64,000 bases of DNA from an uncultured Planctomycetaceae bacterium (GTDB lineage Bacteria; Planctomycetota; Planctomycetia; Planctomycetales; Planctomycetaceae): positions 1 to 64,000 of the forward strand of contig CAWFAK010000010.1 of the NCBI GenBank assembly GCA_963813715.1, read 5' to 3'. How positions within the stretch are numbered: the first letter of the stretch is position 1; each line of letters begins with the position of its first letter. The notes under the pieces were generated by a model. That model ran no database searches. It worked only from the letters and a program-made list of their open reading frames with translations, and was not told the origin of the DNA. Of the stretch, positions 55,558 to 64,000 are shown one piece after another. The position numbers and the translations under genes were made by a program.

Positions 55558-55601
55558 GTACTACGACAGATAGTAGTACCGCCGGGCCACCACACCGTCA
55601 A
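55558..55601 (-). promoter_or_regulatory. sigma70-like promoter with overlapping BlaI-type operator
   Basis: Minus strand TTGACG(55601-55596)-N17-TACTAC(55578-55573); inverted repeat GTACTAC-N8-GTAGTAC at 55558-55579. Confidence 0.75.
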
Positions 55602-55814
55602 CAAAAAAGTGGCCGAAATGTGACGCCGTAGGGAAACGGGCGATCACTGCTTTAGCCGGCCTTAAGCGACGCGCTGCCCGCGCCAACACAGCGTGTCGGC
55701 CAAGCTGGGAAAGGCGTTCCGTCCGAATTCCCGAGCTCCGTGATGCAAGCGGCGCCGGCGATGATTAACCGCAGCAGGATCGCCGGCAGACGCACGAGTG
55801 CGCCGCGCGCGAAG

Positions 55815-56267
55815 TCAGCTCGCCTTCGGCGCCTGGCCGATGTCGATGGCGACTTCTTGCGTGCCCGTTTCGACTGATTGACGCAAGGGCGTTTTGTCGG
55901 GTCGGGCGTATTTGAGGGGCAGTCGGCTGTTAGGGACGTCCTTGCCCTCGGGCAGATCGTCGTCGTCTTTGCCTTTCCCCGAGGGGGCCTGTGCGGCATC
56001 GATCACGATCACGCGGTGTTGGCCGACGGCCGCCCCCACCGAGCCATTGGTGCAGCGGAGCTGAAAATGTCCTTCCGCGTCGGTCAGGCCCGTCGATTGC
56101 GGCAGTTTGCGATCCTCGGGAATGAAGGTGACCATTGCATCGGCGAGGGGTGCCCCGTCGACTCGCACGGTCCCCTCGACCTGCCCCATTGGGACTTTGC
56201 GCGCGCAACCACAGAGCGCGAAGAGGCTCAGGCCGAGGACAATACGGATCGACAACGAACGCGGCAT
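55815..56267 (-). CDS. Lipoprotein with carboxypeptidase-regulatory-like domain (DUF1559 partner)
   Basis: Lipobox-like LCGC; VEGTVRVDGAPL; TDAEGHFQL; LPLKYA. Confidence 0.85.
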   Translation of the reverse strand: MPRSLSIRIVLGLSLFALCGCARKVPMGQVEGTVRVDGAPLADAMVTFIPEDRKLPQSTGLTDAEGHFQLRCTNGSVGAAVGQHRVIVIDAAQAPSGKGKDDDDLPEGKDVPNSRLPLKYARPDKTPLRQSVETGTQEVAIDIGQAPKAS

Positions 56268-56301
56268 GGCGCGAAGGACTCTTCCTGGGGAACCGGGCCG
56301 C

Positions 56302-57303
56302 TCAGAACGAGGTGTCCGTGACAATTTCGTTGCCCGCGCGCGTGCTCAGCGCGACGAGCACCGTCTGGCTGATGTACTGGTTCACGGTTCGCGCCGAGCC
56401 ATCCACCATCGCGAACTGGGCGGCGCCCGGATGCTGGCTGCCGAACGAGCACACCCGCAACGAGTCGTATGTGTTCGTGAAGGTGGCGTTGGTCATGCCT
56501 TGGGCGATCGCTTCCTGATAGGTGATGGGACACACGTAATTGATCGGAGAGAAGGAGCTTTCCGTGACGTCGCTGACGCCGTACTGGCCGCCAGTGGAGG
56601 CCCACCAGCCCCAGGCGCCCATCGGATCGATGCTCCAGCCTGGGGCGAAGAACGTATCGTAGTTGGCATCTGTGTGGTTGCGCTCGCCGAAAAAGAGCGT
56701 CGTCGAGGTGCCGTCGAGGACGTCGGCAAAGCCAATTTGCGGATTCTGCGGCGTCGCCGGTCCGGTCTGGAAGAAGATGCCGTCGGCCGTGGTCAGGGTC
56801 GGCGGGTACGAACGCGTGCCGCAGTTTCCGCCGTAGCTCGTAATGGCGTACCAGGTCGTGGTGTTCGACTGGTAGGGATTCTGAGGAATCTTGTCGGAGG
56901 GACAAACGTAAGTCGGAATGACCTTGGCGCTGTTGGAATCCGACGCGTCCGTCGCGGTGCCAATCGTGTTGTTGTCCGGATCGCCGATGAAGTCCCACTG
57001 CTGGTAGAGGGAGCCGGCTTCGATATAGGGGAGCAAATAGACGAACATCGTGTAGCCGCGGAACTTGGGCTTCACCGCGAAATTAAGCCGCATCTGCCCC
57101 GGGGGAAAGACCTGGTAAATGTCGCAATAGTTGTGCGCGGCGATGGCGAGCTGGTGGAGATTGTTGCGGCATTGCGTGCGGCGGGCCGCTTCCCGCGCTT
57201 CTTGCACGGCGGGAACCAGGAGGGCGATCAAGACGGCGATGATGGCGATCACCACGAGCAATTCAATCAGCGTGAAGCCGCGACGAACTCGATCCTGATT
57301 CAT
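56302..57303 (-). CDS. DUF1559 prepilin-type protein
   Basis: RRGFTLIELLVVIAIIAVLIALLVPAVQEAREAARR; DGTSTT; SQHPGAAQFAMVDGS (H-X9-DG). Confidence 0.95.
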   Translation of the reverse strand: MNQDRVRRGFTLIELLVVIAIIAVLIALLVPAVQEAREAARRTQCRNNLHQLAIAAHNYCDIYQVFPPGQMRLNFAVKPKFRGYTMFVYLLPYIEAGSLYQQWDFIGDPDNNTIGTATDASDSNSAKVIPTYVCPSDKIPQNPYQSNTTTWYAITSYGGNCGTRSYPPTLTTADGIFFQTGPATPQNPQIGFADVLDGTSTTLFFGERNHTDANYDTFFAPGWSIDPMGAWGWWASTGGQYGVSDVTESSFSPINYVCPITYQEAIAQGMTNATFTNTYDSLRVCSFGSQHPGAAQFAMVDGSARTVNQYISQTVLVALSTRAGNEIVTDTSF

Positions 57304-57619
57304 GAAGGCCCTCTCACCGGTGCATTGATTCGCATCTTGAAGTCGCGCACGATACGAACGTGCCATCTTAGTGACAGGATGATAGCAAATCCAGGAATGG
57401 ACGCGATGTGAGGTAGAGCACAAACTGCTGAAGTTTTGCCAGTCCGACGAGCCGCCGGTTCAAGGGCCTGTCGAGCCTGTTCGGCGAACTTCAGAAAGTC
57501 CGCTTGCAACTGCGCTCCCCTTGTCAAAATCATCGGCTTTCAGTCAAAGTCATCGCACGCGCATTCTTGATCGGTAGTCATCAATCAGAGCTCGCCAACC
57601 CCGAGAATTGGAACATCCA

Positions 57620-58171
57620 ATGCCACTGATCCGCCCGTCTCGCTCGCAGCGTCAAATGGCCGCGTTCCTTGTCCTGCTCGCCGCGGTGGGCGCGAGCATT
57701 CACTCGAGCTCCGCCCGCGCCGCGGACCAGCCGCCCGAGGCCGTGTTGCTGCTGCAAGGGATGACGGGTGACCCAATTCGGATCACGGAGTCGGAGTTCA
57801 AGAAACTGCCGCACGTCGAGGTGGAGGCCGTCGATCATGGCGGGCACAAGGGACGCTACTCGGGCGTGCCGCTGCGAGCGCTCCTTGACAAGTTAGACGT
57901 GCCGCGGGGAGAAAAACTGCGTGGGCACTGGCTCGGCGCGTACGTCGCGGTCGACGCGCTCGACGACTACCGCGCGGTCTTCGCCCTGGCCGAGCTCGAT
58001 CCGGGTCTCAGCGATCGCACGATCATTCTGGCTGACACGCGCGACGGCAAACCGCTCGACAAACGGCATGCACCGTTCCAGGTGATCGCCCCCGGCGAGA
58101 AACGGCCGGCGCGATGGGTGTATCAAGTCCACGAAATCCGGGTGATCGACAGCCGGGCCAAAGAGAAGTAA
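57620..58171 (+). CDS. Exported protein with oxidoreductase molybdopterin-binding-like domain
   Basis: Signal peptide; YSGVPLRALL; DDYRAVFALAELDP; PGEKRPARWV. Confidence 0.75.
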   Translation: MPLIRPSRSQRQMAAFLVLLAAVGASIHSSSARAADQPPEAVLLLQGMTGDPIRITESEFKKLPHVEVEAVDHGGHKGRYSGVPLRALLDKLDVPRGEKLRGHWLGAYVAVDALDDYRAVFALAELDPGLSDRTIILADTRDGKPLDKRHAPFQVIAPGEKRPARWVYQVHEIRVIDSRAKEK

Positions 58172-58226
58172 TCGTGACGGCCTACGCGAGAACCGCTTAC
58201 GGCGACTTCGACCTGAGACAGTCTGC

Positions 58227-59648
58227 TTACGGCGATTTCGCGCCGAAGCAGTAAACCGTCCCATCCGGACCGTCGGTGCCGATCACCAAGCATTTCTCGC
58301 CGACTGCTGGCGATGCGGTGATCGAGCGGCCGGCCCGGAATTGCCACACTTTCTTCCCGTCCTTGAGCGAGAGGGCGTAGACGTTACCGTCGCCCGAGCC
58401 AAAGAAGACCCGTTCGCCCACGACCACCGGCGAACTTTCGACGTGGCCGCGCGTCGCAAAATTCCAGACTTCCGTCCCCTTGGCCTTGTCGATGCAGTGG
58501 ACCTTCTTGTCGTATCCGCCCAGGATCACGAACTTGTCGGTGACCGCGGCGGACGAGCGATATTCGAGCGGGTGGGCCTCGTCGATGAAGGTCCAGACCA
58601 CGCGCTGGGCTTTCCAGTCGACGCCCACCACCCGGCTGTCGTGAGTGCCGACGTAGAGCATGTTCCCTTCGACGGCCGGCGAGGCAATCAGGTACGCCCC
58701 CTCCCCCAATGGCACCTCGTGCACCTGTCTACCTTCGCGGATGTCGATCACGCGAATCTTGGTGTCGCAGCCGGCAATGAACGTATAGTTCCCTTCGATG
58801 GCCGTCGAGCAGTTGACGAAATTCTCCGTCTGAAACTTCCAGACGACCGAGTGGTCGGCAGCCTTGAGACAGTACAAGAAGCTGTCGTGCGAGCCGAAGA
58901 TGATGTTCTCGCCGACGAGCGCAACCGAGCCGGCAATCTCATTCCCCGTGACGAATTTCCATTTGACCTTGCCGTTCCGGCGATCGACGGCGTGGAGCGT
59001 CCCTTCTTCGTCGCCCACATAAACCGTGTCGAGGCTAACGGTCGGGGCCGCTTTGAAACCCGGCGCGAAGTCGTTGGGGTTCGTGCTCTCGATGGAGCGG
59101 TACGACCACTGCTGTTTGCCCGTCACGCGATCGACGCTCAGGAGCTGGCCGTTGAGGCACGGCAAATAGACCTGGCCGCCCACGACAGCCCCGCAGCCCA
59201 CCATTCCTTCGGACGTCTTCAAATGCCAGATGGGCTGAGGGTCATCGGGCAGGGTGGTCGCCGCGATGCCGAGCTGCCCGTAGCCGTTGCGGAACGTCGC
59301 CCAGCTTTCGGGTCCCGGAGGCGACGGGACCACGGTCACGCTGGGAGCCGGAGCGGCCGCGACCGCTTTTGGCGCGTCGGCGGCAGGTGCAGCGGCGGGC
59401 GTCTGACCGGCGCTGGCGAGGTCGGCCGCCTGCTTTCGTTCGAGCACAGATCGGCCGCCCAGCGCGTCGCTGGGGCGGGCGCCGGGCAGCGGCGAACCGG
59501 GCGCCAGTTTCCAATCGGTCCCCTCGGGAGACCCGTTGACCGCTTTGGCCAGCGGGGCGGACCGAGGAATAAAACTCTGGGCCGCGACCAGGACGCCGCA
59601 AAGAACGACGACGATCGCACAGACCCAAACGTAGCGGGGGATTTTCAT
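58227..59648 (-). CDS. PQQ-binding-like beta-propeller protein (BamB-like)
   Basis: Repeated S-P-x-V..G..W blades; WATFRNG; Pro/Ala linker after the signal anchor. Confidence 0.9.
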   Translation of the reverse strand: MKIPRYVWVCAIVVVLCGVLVAAQSFIPRSAPLAKAVNGSPEGTDWKLAPGSPLPGARPSDALGGRSVLERKQAADLASAGQTPAAAPAADAPKAVAAAPAPSVTVVPSPPGPESWATFRNGYGQLGIAATTLPDDPQPIWHLKTSEGMVGCGAVVGGQVYLPCLNGQLLSVDRVTGKQQWSYRSIESTNPNDFAPGFKAAPTVSLDTVYVGDEEGTLHAVDRRNGKVKWKFVTGNEIAGSVALVGENIIFGSHDSFLYCLKAADHSVVWKFQTENFVNCSTAIEGNYTFIAGCDTKIRVIDIREGRQVHEVPLGEGAYLIASPAVEGNMLYVGTHDSRVVGVDWKAQRVVWTFIDEAHPLEYRSSAAVTDKFVILGGYDKKVHCIDKAKGTEVWNFATRGHVESSPVVVGERVFFGSGDGNVYALSLKDGKKVWQFRAGRSITASPAVGEKCLVIGTDGPDGTVYCFGAKSP

Positions 59649-59669
59649 CGCGCTGATCCCTCCACCATT

Positions 59670-60896
59670 CTAGGCTTCAAAATCGTCGAACGCACGGCGA
59701 TAAAGCTCCGCGAACTGCGGCCGGTCGACGGGGCGCGGATTGAAGTTGGCCGTCCATTGCGTCGCCGCTTCCTCGGCCAACACCTCCACGAGCGACGGAT
59801 CGGCCCCCGCCGCGGTGAGATTGGTCGGGCAGTCCGCCTCGGCAACCAGCGATGCCACGAATCGCGCGAGCAAGTCCACGCTCGCGGCGTCTCCTGTCGC
59901 GCAAAGGCCGGCGTCCACGGCAAACTCGCTGTAGAGCGGACCGACCACTTCCGAATTATAGTGGATCACGTGCGGCAGCATCACGCCGATGGCGATGCCG
60001 TGCGTGATGTTGAAATGAGCCGAGAGGGGATTCGCCAGCGCATGCGTCGCGCCGAGCATGCTATTCTCGATGGCGCCGCCGGCCAGATGTGCTCCCAAGA
60101 GCATGGCCGCGCGCGCGTTGAGATCGTTCGGCTTCCGCAGGACGTTGCGAAATCCCTGCGCGAGAAGTCGCCAGGCGTTGCGACTGAAGAGGTTCGAGAT
60201 GGCGTTGCGCGGCTTGGACACGAACGTTTCGAGCGCATGGCTAAGGGCGTCGATCCCCGTGGCGGCCGTCACCGACGGCGGCATGCTGATCGTGAGGTCG
60301 GGATCAAGCAGGGCGATGCGGCAGGCGGCCTTCTTGTCGCCGCAGGCCATCTTCATGTGCGTCTTCGCGTCGGCAATCAGAGCGAACGATTGGGCCTCGC
60401 TGCCGGTGCCGGCCGTCGTCGGCACGGCGATCATCGGCAAAAACGGAAGTTTGGCTCGTCCGACTCCTTTATAGTCCTCCATTCGGCCGCCGTTGGTGAA
60501 CAGAAAGTTCACCCCTTTGGCGCAATCGAGGCTGCTCCCGCCGCCCAATCCGACCAATAGATCGACCTTTTCGCGACGGGCAACCTCCAACGCGCGGTCG
60601 ACGTCGTCGGTGGTGGGGTTCGGCGTGACGTCGTCGAAGACGGCAACGGCAAGGTCCGCCGCGAGCAACGAATCGATCGCGGGCTTTGCATGACCGGCCC
60701 GCGTGAGGCCTTTATCGGTGACCAACAGGGCCCGCCGGCCGCCGACTTCCCACGCCAATTCGCCCAAGCGGCCAACCGTGCCTTGGCCAAAGATCACGCG
60801 GGTGCGGCTGTCATAGTCGAAGGGCTGCAGCAGGTCGAACCGCGGACCGGAGGTCGACTCGAGAGTCCGCAAGCTCGGCGGGGGATGTTCAGCCAT
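59670..60896 (-). CDS. Iron-containing alcohol dehydrogenase
   Basis: [19 protein letters not shown]; metal ligands in [12 protein letters not shown] and THG. Confidence 0.95.
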   Translation of the reverse strand: MAEHPPPSLRTLESTSGPRFDLLQPFDYDSRTRVIFGQGTVGRLGELAWEVGGRRALLVTDKGLTRAGHAKPAIDSLLAADLAVAVFDDVTPNPTTDDVDRALEVARREKVDLLVGLGGGSSLDCAKGVNFLFTNGGRMEDYKGVGRAKLPFLPMIAVPTTAGTGSEAQSFALIADAKTHMKMACGDKKAACRIALLDPDLTISMPPSVTAATGIDALSHALETFVSKPRNAISNLFSRNAWRLLAQGFRNVLRKPNDLNARAAMLLGAHLAGGAIENSMLGATHALANPLSAHFNITHGIAIGVMLPHVIHYNSEVVGPLYSEFAVDAGLCATGDAASVDLLARFVASLVAEADCPTNLTAAGADPSLVEVLAEEAATQWTANFNPRPVDRPQFAELYRRAFDDFEA

Positions 60897-61046
60897 GCGT
60901 GGTGCGTCGTCAGCGGCCCGGCCAGCGCGCGACCGAATCAGCCGAAATACCGGGTAAGCCGAAATGTTGAAGTGCAGACGCCTAACAGCCGCTCGATGGA
61001 AGAGTTGCCGGTCAGGGGCAACTCCGGTTTGCGAGCGGCCGAACCG

Positions 61047-62870
61047 CTACTTGCCTCCGTCGCTGATGGCGAACAGCGTCGAGCGATTGGCGATGTAGAG
61101 CACGTCGTTGGCGACGACGAGCGACGTCAACACCGCGTTGCCGACGTTCACTTCCGACAGCACCTTCTTGGTCTTGCCGGTCTGAAACACGGTAATGTCC
61201 CCATCGGCGTCGCCGATGTACACCTTGTTCTCGACGATCACCGGCGAGCCCCACGATTCACTGAACTGGTCGTGAACCCAGTAACGCTCGCCCGTTTTGG
61301 CGTCGAGACAGTGGAAGAGTCCGCTGAAGTCGGAGATGTAGACCAGCCCGTCCTTCACCGCCGCCGTGCCGATCGTGCGGTGCATCTCCTCTTCAAATTG
61401 GATTTCCTTGTCGCCGTTGAAATCCTTCTTGGCGAAGTGCCAAACCGCGGCAGAGTTAGGATTGGGGATCGCCTTCTCGCCGGCCGTTGGATTGACGGCC
61501 TGGATTCGCCGCTCGGGCAGCGGCTTGCCGTCGTGGTCGACCGCCAGGTCGGGGCTCACGTCGCCGCGCTTGGTCGGATCGATGCACCAGAGATGCCCGT
61601 TACCCGGCCCATGCTCGGGGTCTTCGCCGACGGCACAGTAGATCAGCCCATCATAGATCACCGGCGTAGCGATGATGTGATTGCGCGTCGAACGGCCGTC
61701 GATTGAGTACTTCGCGTCCTTGGGGTTGCAGTCGAACTTCCACAGCACTTTGCCGTGCCCCTGGCCGTCGCCGGCCGGATCGAAGCTATAGAGCCAGCCG
61801 TCGCCGCCGCCGAAGATCACCTGTGCCTGACCGCCGAACACGCCGTATGTCGGCGACGACCACTGGCCGTGCAGGATGTTGAGTCCGGGGGATTTGTCGG
61901 TCCACAACACCTTGGCGGTGTTGCGGTCCATTGCGAAGAAGCTCGGCGCGTTCGGAGCCGGAATGTTCAAGTGATCGAAATCGACGCCGTTGGAGGTGCA
62001 GACGAACAGCGTGTCGCCGACGCAGCAAATCGAGCAGCTGCACATGTTGTGTTGGGCCACCCCCATCTGAGCCATCATGTCATAGCGCCAGATGACGTCC
62101 GCTTCGTCCTTGTTCTCGTTCGGCTCGGCCGTGTAGGGGCCGTCGTTCTTGCCGTCGTAAAAACCGTTGGCGTCCAGGCAGACGACTTCGCCCCGATTCG
62201 TGACGTACCACAGGCGATCGCCGTCGCAGTAGGGCGTGCTGCAGACGCCTTGCTGCGGCCAGTCGTTCACGCGGCCCTGGGGCAGCTTGGGATTGGAGTG
62301 CTGCCAGAGGAACTTGCCCGTCTTCTCGTCGAAGCACAACAGGCAGCCGAGATCGACCGACGGCGGATACCGCTTGATGTAACCGTTGCCATTATTCGTG
62401 CCGACGTAGACCTTGCCGTTCGCGACGACGGGATTGCCGTATGTCTGCGAACCGAGCTTGGCGGTCCACTTGATATTGGTTTTCTTCTCAGCGTCCCACT
62501 TGATGGGGATGTTTTTGCCTTCCGGCGTGTTGTTGCGGGCGGTCCAACCACCCCACATCGGCCAGTCGTGAGGCTTGACCTTGTGACTGGCGATCTCGGC
62601 GAGGGCCAGCGCTGTCGGGTTGTAGTGTGGATCGCCGGCGGGGGCCGACGAGGCGGTCGCCGTAGCGGTTGCCGCCAGCGACTTGACGGTCTCGGGCACC
62701 GCGGCGGCATCCGATTTGGCACAGCCTGAGGCCAGCGAACAACAAAGCAAAGCCGCGCCGACGACGGCCGTCGCCGCCACGTCGGTCGCTCGCAAGCGGT
62801 TCGTCAAATTCGCAGCACCGGACCACAGCAGCCGCGGCCAGCGACCTTCGGCAGGACGTAAAGCTCTCAT
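61047..62870 (-). CDS. PQQ-binding-like beta-propeller protein, probable lipoprotein
   Basis: LASGC; DWPMWGG; LGSQTYGNPVV; HGQWSSP. Start uncertain. Confidence 0.88.
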   Translation of the reverse strand: MRALRPAEGRWPRLLWSGAANLTNRLRATDVAATAVVGAALLCCSLASGCAKSDAAAVPETVKSLAATATATASSAPAGDPHYNPTALALAEIASHKVKPHDWPMWGGWTARNNTPEGKNIPIKWDAEKKTNIKWTAKLGSQTYGNPVVANGKVYVGTNNGNGYIKRYPPSVDLGCLLCFDEKTGKFLWQHSNPKLPQGRVNDWPQQGVCSTPYCDGDRLWYVTNRGEVVCLDANGFYDGKNDGPYTAEPNENKDEADVIWRYDMMAQMGVAQHNMCSCSICCVGDTLFVCTSNGVDFDHLNIPAPNAPSFFAMDRNTAKVLWTDKSPGLNILHGQWSSPTYGVFGGQAQVIFGGGDGWLYSFDPAGDGQGHGKVLWKFDCNPKDAKYSIDGRSTRNHIIATPVIYDGLIYCAVGEDPEHGPGNGHLWCIDPTKRGDVSPDLAVDHDGKPLPERRIQAVNPTAGEKAIPNPNSAAVWHFAKKDFNGDKEIQFEEEMHRTIGTAAVKDGLVYISDFSGLFHCLDAKTGERYWVHDQFSESWGSPVIVENKVYIGDADGDITVFQTGKTKKVLSEVNVGNAVLTSLVVANDVLYIANRSTLFAISDGGK

Positions 62871-62876
62871 CGCGCG

Positions 62877-64000
62877 TTACCTCGCGTTCTTCGTCACCAG
62901 GATATTGTCGTAGAAGATTTCTGTAATTTGCGCGTCGCCGAATATGCCGGGGCTACCGGTCTCGTTCGGATGCGGACTGGGATCAGTGACTTCCACGGTC
63001 CACGCCGCAGGTTCTTTTTCGCCGCGCGGCCAGACCTTGCCGCGGAGAGTGACCTTGCTGTCCTTGTTGGAGGCCTCGAACTTCATCGTGTACCAGGTCT
63101 CGGGCTTCCAGGTGAAGGGAATACTCTTTCGCATGCGGTAATCGTGAGCGGGCCAGGTGCGGATTTCGACTTTCTGCGAATCTCCCATCAGCACCATCGA
63201 ATAGCGCTGGCCGATCACGCCCACGTCGGGCAGACGACCGTTTCGAGTAGCACCGCAAACGTCGGACTGAATCGTGTAATCGTGCAGGTCGGTCTGCCCG
63301 AACCACGATTGGCTGCGGGCTCCGCGTGGGATGGTCGAGACCTTGAGCAGCACGCCATTGCCCGTAATCTTTCGCGGCCCCCGCTCGACCGTCAACTCGA
63401 TTCCTTTCTTATTCGGCCAGCCAAACTTGCTGATGACCTTTTCGTCGACCAGGATTTTCAGAGCCGGATCGAGCTCGGCTTTGGCCTTTTCGGGCGAGGT
63501 GGCCTTTTCGATCAGGTCGAGATACCGCAGGAGTTCGGTCCACGTTTGCTGCGGCGTATTGTTGTCGTATTTGAGCGACGGCCGTCCCGCGGCGAACCCG
63601 GCCGACACGTAGATGTAAAGTTGCCGGGCGAGGTGGCTCTTCGCTTCGATCTTCTTGAGCAGGTCATAGTCGATGGGGATGTGCCGGGCGCGGACTCCGA
63701 CCCAGGTCGCGGGGATCTGCCCGTCGTTGAAGTCGAACTTCCAATCAAGGTCCGGAATGACGCGGACTCGGGACGTCCCCTTCAGGCTGCCCACCTCGGC
63801 TTTGATCGTCACGGCAACCGGTTTTGTGCCGGACGGAGTGGTGTAGTCGCCTTTAGCGTCAATCGAGCCGCTGCCGGTCACGGAGAATTTCACCTCTTCA
63901 GGCTTTGCGTCGCGCAGATACTGACCGCGTGCGTTGTAAAGTCGCACGCCGAATTCCTGCTGATCACCGGGCCGCAGCAACGCCTCCGCCGGCACGATCT
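62877..64000 (-). CDS. Partial CDS (5' end outside window): Ig-like segment plus DUF1080-like C-terminal domain
   Basis: Open frame to the window edge; DYTIQSDV; WKPETWYTMKF; GKVWPRGEKEP; IFYDNI. Co-oriented with the PQQ-like genes. Confidence 0.7.
   Translation of the reverse strand, partial: IVPAEALLRPGDQQEFGVRLYNARGQYLRDAKPEEVKFSVTGSGSIDAKGDYTTPSGTKPVAVTIKAEVGSLKGTSRVRVIPDLDWKFDFNDGQIPATWVGVRARHIPIDYDLLKKIEAKSHLARQLYIYVSAGFAAGRPSLKYDNNTPQQTWTELLRYLDLIEKATSPEKAKAELDPALKILVDEKVISKFGWPNKKGIELTVERGPRKITGNGVLLKVSTIPRGARSQSWFGQTDLHDYTIQSDVCGATRNGRLPDVGVIGQRYSMVLMGDSQKVEIRTWPAHDYRMRKSIPFTWKPETWYTMKFEASNKDSKVTLRGKVWPRGEKEPAAWTVEVTDPSPHPNETGSPGIFGDAQITEIFYDNILVTKNAR

Noticed and set aside
57350..57366. 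sigma54 promoter for DUF1559 (minus strand TGGCACGTTCGTATC)
   Set aside because: Good -24 element but no GC at the required N10 spacing.
58341..60560. 739-aa plus-strand ORF and similar long antisense ORFs (e.g. 10469-12268)
   Set aside because: GC-rich shadow frames opposite well-supported genes, with no recognisable motifs.

Overview
GC-rich window, most likely from a planctomycete (inferred from DUF1559, DUF1501/DUF1800, PQQ-like propellers and an M56 fusion). Many genes are split by single-base frameshifts, probably long-read indel errors, so they are reconstructed here across ORF fragments. Left to right: (1) an IS with 17-bp terminal inverted repeats, a RepA-like AAA ATPase-HTH gene and two REPIN-like elements; (2) a hybrid kinase/sigma54-activator pair flanked by two sigma54 promoters that share an upstream tandem-palindrome motif, serving a small membrane protein and a small-protein/RND/MFP/aldo-keto reductase operon; (3) an ergothioneine-related block (egtD, disulfide reductase, DUF427, betaine-type ABC transporter, egtB) close to tRNA-Ser(TGA); (4) a polyphosphate cluster (phosphoesterase, ROK, ppx, ppk1, sixA) and an orphan CzcB-like adaptor; (5) a ~19-kb co-oriented block: blaI-like repressor with a clear operator, three genes built from seven ~2-kb repeat modules including a ~3200-aa BlaR1/M56 fusion, then DUF1800 and DUF1501; (6) a DUF1559/lipoprotein pair and a PQQ-propeller/Fe-ADH cluster running off the right end. 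Block (5) is the best candidate for an uncharacterised system.
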